From sequence record LC035386.1: 5,688 nt of DNA; one strand, written 5' to 3'. A model generated the notes under the pieces. That model saw only the letters and a list, made by a program, of their open reading frames with translations, searched no databases and was not told the DNA's origin. Positions within the stretch are counted from its first letter, which is position 1. Each line of letters opens with the position of its first letter. The translations under genes and the position numbers were made by a program. Positions 4,277 to 5,688 of the stretch are shown here, piece after piece. The stretch is from Thermus phage OH3.

Positions 4277-4705
4277 ATGGGCGCGATAATCTCCGGTCTC
4301 CTGGACCTCCTCCAGTGGCTGGCTAGCACCTTCTCCGCCGTGGCTCACTGGTTGGTTGCCACGGTTCAGGCGGTGGCTCAGTGGGTTCTGGGTTTGGTCG
4401 GCTGGGTTATATCCACCGCTTGGAATCTCCTGGTACAGGTTCTTTTGTGGCTCGTCAACGGGGTCTTTTGGTTGCTGGGCCATCTCGTTGAGGCTGGCCT
4501 TTCTGTCCTTGTTGTTCTGGCTCGTCTTTTGCCTCCTATCCCTCCTGACCTGACTATTGTCCATGATGTGATTATTCCCGCTTTCAACGTTGCTAATCAG
4601 ATTTTGCCCATTACTGATGCTCTTGCTGCGGGCTCTCTCTGGATGATTTTCTATGCGCTTATGGCGGCTTGGCGGGTCATTACCTTCATTCGTGGTGGTC
4701 GCTGA
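4277..4705 (+). CDS. Polytopic hydrophobic membrane protein, 142 aa; pVI-like by position (between pIII and pI)
   Basis: GGGAGGTG (4266-4273) lies 5 nt before ATG 4277, so it is preferred over the track's GTG 4271, which sits inside the SD. The translation is extremely hydrophobic and Trp-rich, with several TM-length segments. The stop overlaps the Zot-like start (TGATG, 4703-4707). It occupies the position of Ff gVI. Confidence 0.6.
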   Translation: MGAIISGLLDLLQWLASTFSAVAHWLVATVQAVAQWVLGLVGWVISTAWNLLVQVLLWLVNGVFWLLGHLVEAGLSVLVVLARLLPPIPPDLTIVHDVIIPAFNVANQILPITDALAAGSLWMIFYALMAAWRVITFIRGGR

Positions 4706-5661
4706 TGATAGAGGCTTTCGTGGGTATTCCTGGCAGTGGTAAATCCTACGCCCTGGTTCTCAAGGGCCTCCAGTCTCTTGCAGCAGGCCGCCCCGTCTAT
4801 GCCAACTTCGGCTTTATCCGGGAAAACGTCTACTATTGGCTTCGCAAGAGGGCTAAGCTCTCCCATAGGGAGGCCGTCTTGCGTACTGACCTTATCCGTG
4901 AGATACGGGATTATTCCGAGTTGCTGAATGTTCATGATGGCGTGTTGCTCTTTGATGAGGCCCATATGTGGCTTCCCTCCCGGCAGTTTGACCTTATTCC
5001 CGTGGAGGTCATTGCCTTCTGGTCTCAGCACCGCAAGGTGGGGGTGGATGTTTACCTGGCTACTCAGCGCTATGGCTCTGTGGATGCCATAGTGAGGGAG
5101 TTGGTTGCCTTCGTCTACTGGGCTCGCCCTGCTCCCTTTTGGTTGCGTGTTCTCCTGCTCCCTTGGGCTCGGGGTCGTAAGGTCCTCCGTTATACGTCCA
5201 TAATGGACGAGTCCTTGGGCATGATGCAGCGCCAAGCCAAGGGCATCTTTGAGGGCGTTGCCCGTAATAGCGTCGTTATCTTGGACCCCCTTGCTGCCTC
5301 CTGCTACGATACCTATGCTATTTTTGAACCTCCCATAGTCCGCCTTCAGCGTGAACTGGACCCCAAGAAGCGGGCCATTTTTGACCGCATGGGCCTGGCT
5401 TGGGATGCCTCTAAGGTAAAGGGGCGCCGTGATGTTCCCCGGGCTACTGACGGCTTTCCCTGGCTGACTATGCAGGAGCTCGCTCAGGCTTACCGGGAGG
5501 GCCGTCCTCCCCATGAGCTGCTGCGCTCAAAGTGGCAGGAGTGGGTAGACTCCTTGTGTGGGGTGGGTTCTCCTGACTCTTCTCCTGACGCTGCTCGTGC
5601 TTCTGCTGAGGAGTCCGCTGAGGGGTCTTTTGACTGGTCCTGTTTTGCTTGGGGTAGCTAG
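4705..5661 (+). CDS. Zot / pI-family phage assembly ATPase, 318 aa
   Basis: Walker A GIPGSGKS lies at aa 7-14 (nt 4723-4746), immediately at the N-terminus as in Zot/pI. Walker B VLLFDEAH has D84-E85 at nt 4954-4959. The Zot-typical HRKVGVDVYLATQ lies at aa 109-121. The start is set at ATG 4705 (coupled to the upstream stop) rather than the track's TTG 4669. Confidence 0.9.
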   Translation: MIEAFVGIPGSGKSYALVLKGLQSLAAGRPVYANFGFIRENVYYWLRKRAKLSHREAVLRTDLIREIRDYSELLNVHDGVLLFDEAHMWLPSRQFDLIPVEVIAFWSQHRKVGVDVYLATQRYGSVDAIVRELVAFVYWARPAPFWLRVLLLPWARGRKVLRYTSIMDESLGMMQRQAKGIFEGVARNSVVILDPLAASCYDTYAIFEPPIVRLQRELDPKKRAIFDRMGLAWDASKVKGRRDVPRATDGFPWLTMQELAQAYREGRPPHELLRSKWQEWVDSLCGVGSPDSSPDAARASAEESAEGSFDWSCFAWGS

Positions 5662-5688
5662 GTGCTTGGTGTGGTGAGTTCCACGTGC

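Larger units (their letters stand above)
1..5688 (+). mobile_element. Filamentous ssDNA phage (Inoviridae-type) genome, apparently a full gene complement: Rep, SSB, small coat proteins, major coat, adsorption protein, pVI-like, Zot/pI-like
   Basis: Gene order and sizes match the canonical Ff/Pf/CTXphi layout. All genes are on one strand with overlapping stop/start codons. A 46-aa coat protein has an acidic N-terminus, hydrophobic core and basic C-terminus. An N-terminal Walker-A Zot-like ATPase is the last gene. Only 27 nt follow the last stop and 318 nt precede the first start, which fits a linearised circle. Confidence 0.85.

Noticed and set aside
4014-4289. 91-aa + strand ORF covering the whole pIII-pVI island, with GGAGG (4002-4006) 7 nt upstream of ATG 4014
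   Set aside because: The SD/ATG pair is decent, so it cannot be fully excluded. However, the product is Gly/Pro/Arg-rich low complexity. It uses codons that the confident genes avoid (TTA, TCA, CGA, GGA). Third positions lack the C/T preference seen elsewhere. The region is better explained by the nested hairpin, and high GC alone keeps frames open.
4034-4564. 176-aa minus-strand ORF across the GC-rich island and the start of the pVI-like gene
   Set aside because: It is codon-registered antisense to the pVI-like gene and then runs through 77% GC DNA, where stops are rare. The translation is low-complexity (PPPGRASGRSPPGPREAP...) and no SD is recognised.
335-4927. Short nested ORFs in the track: + strand 335-532, 2688-2882, 2883-3068, 3504-3719, 3862-4110, 4356-4553, 4736-4927; - strand 1622-1810, 2128-2394, 3552-3737, 3871-4101, 4138-4329, 4378-4587
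   Set aside because: All lie inside or antisense to well-supported genes in alternative frames. They lack SD sequences and give compositionally odd translations, which is typical of open-frame noise in moderately GC-rich DNA.
1-5688. Looked for tRNA/rRNA-like structures, CRISPR repeat-spacer arrays, terminal inverted repeats, transposase or integrase genes, toxin-antitoxin or defence-system genes
   Set aside because: None were found. There is no periodic 25-40 nt repeat array, no cloverleaf-like segment and no recombinase or nuclease motifs. The window ends (TCGTACAAGG... and ...CCACGTGC) are neither inverted nor direct repeats of each other.

Overview
The window reads as a compact filamentous ssDNA phage (inovirus-type) genome. 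All convincing genes are on the + strand, tightly packed and mostly translationally coupled. Gene order: sigmaA-type promoter (278-307); Rep_trans-type rolling-circle initiator (319-1659); pV-like ssDNA-binding protein (1656-1949); two ~30-aa hydrophobic mini-proteins (1946-2038, 2039-2143); a CxxC..CxxC zinc-ribbon ORF (2143-2373) with an embedded alternative-frame TM mini-ORF (2220-2312); a 46-aa major coat protein without signal peptide (2363-2503); a 506-aa pIII-like adsorption protein (2507-4027); a ~250-nt very GC-rich structured non-coding island (4028-4276); a polytopic pVI-like membrane protein (4277-4705); and a Zot/pI-like assembly ATPase (4705-5661). The mini-ORFs and the coat gene fall below the supplied ORF track's size cutoff. 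I see no secretin, integrase, repressor, tRNA, CRISPR array or defence-type gene. The coat protein resembles, from memory only, the Thermus thermophilus filamentous phage PH75 coat protein. I also recall a related Thermus inovirus (phiOH3) reported at about this genome length. The window may therefore be a complete linearised circular genome of an already described lineage rather than a new system, and I cannot verify this here. The least explained elements are the nested hairpin island between pIII and pVI with its iterated CCGGAGG motif and adjacent G-quadruplex motif, the overlapping zinc-ribbon and TM ORFs, the calcium-binding-type repeats in pIII, and a Zot homolog with no obvious TM segment in a genome with no secretin. 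All long minus-strand ORFs are codon-registered antisense shadows.
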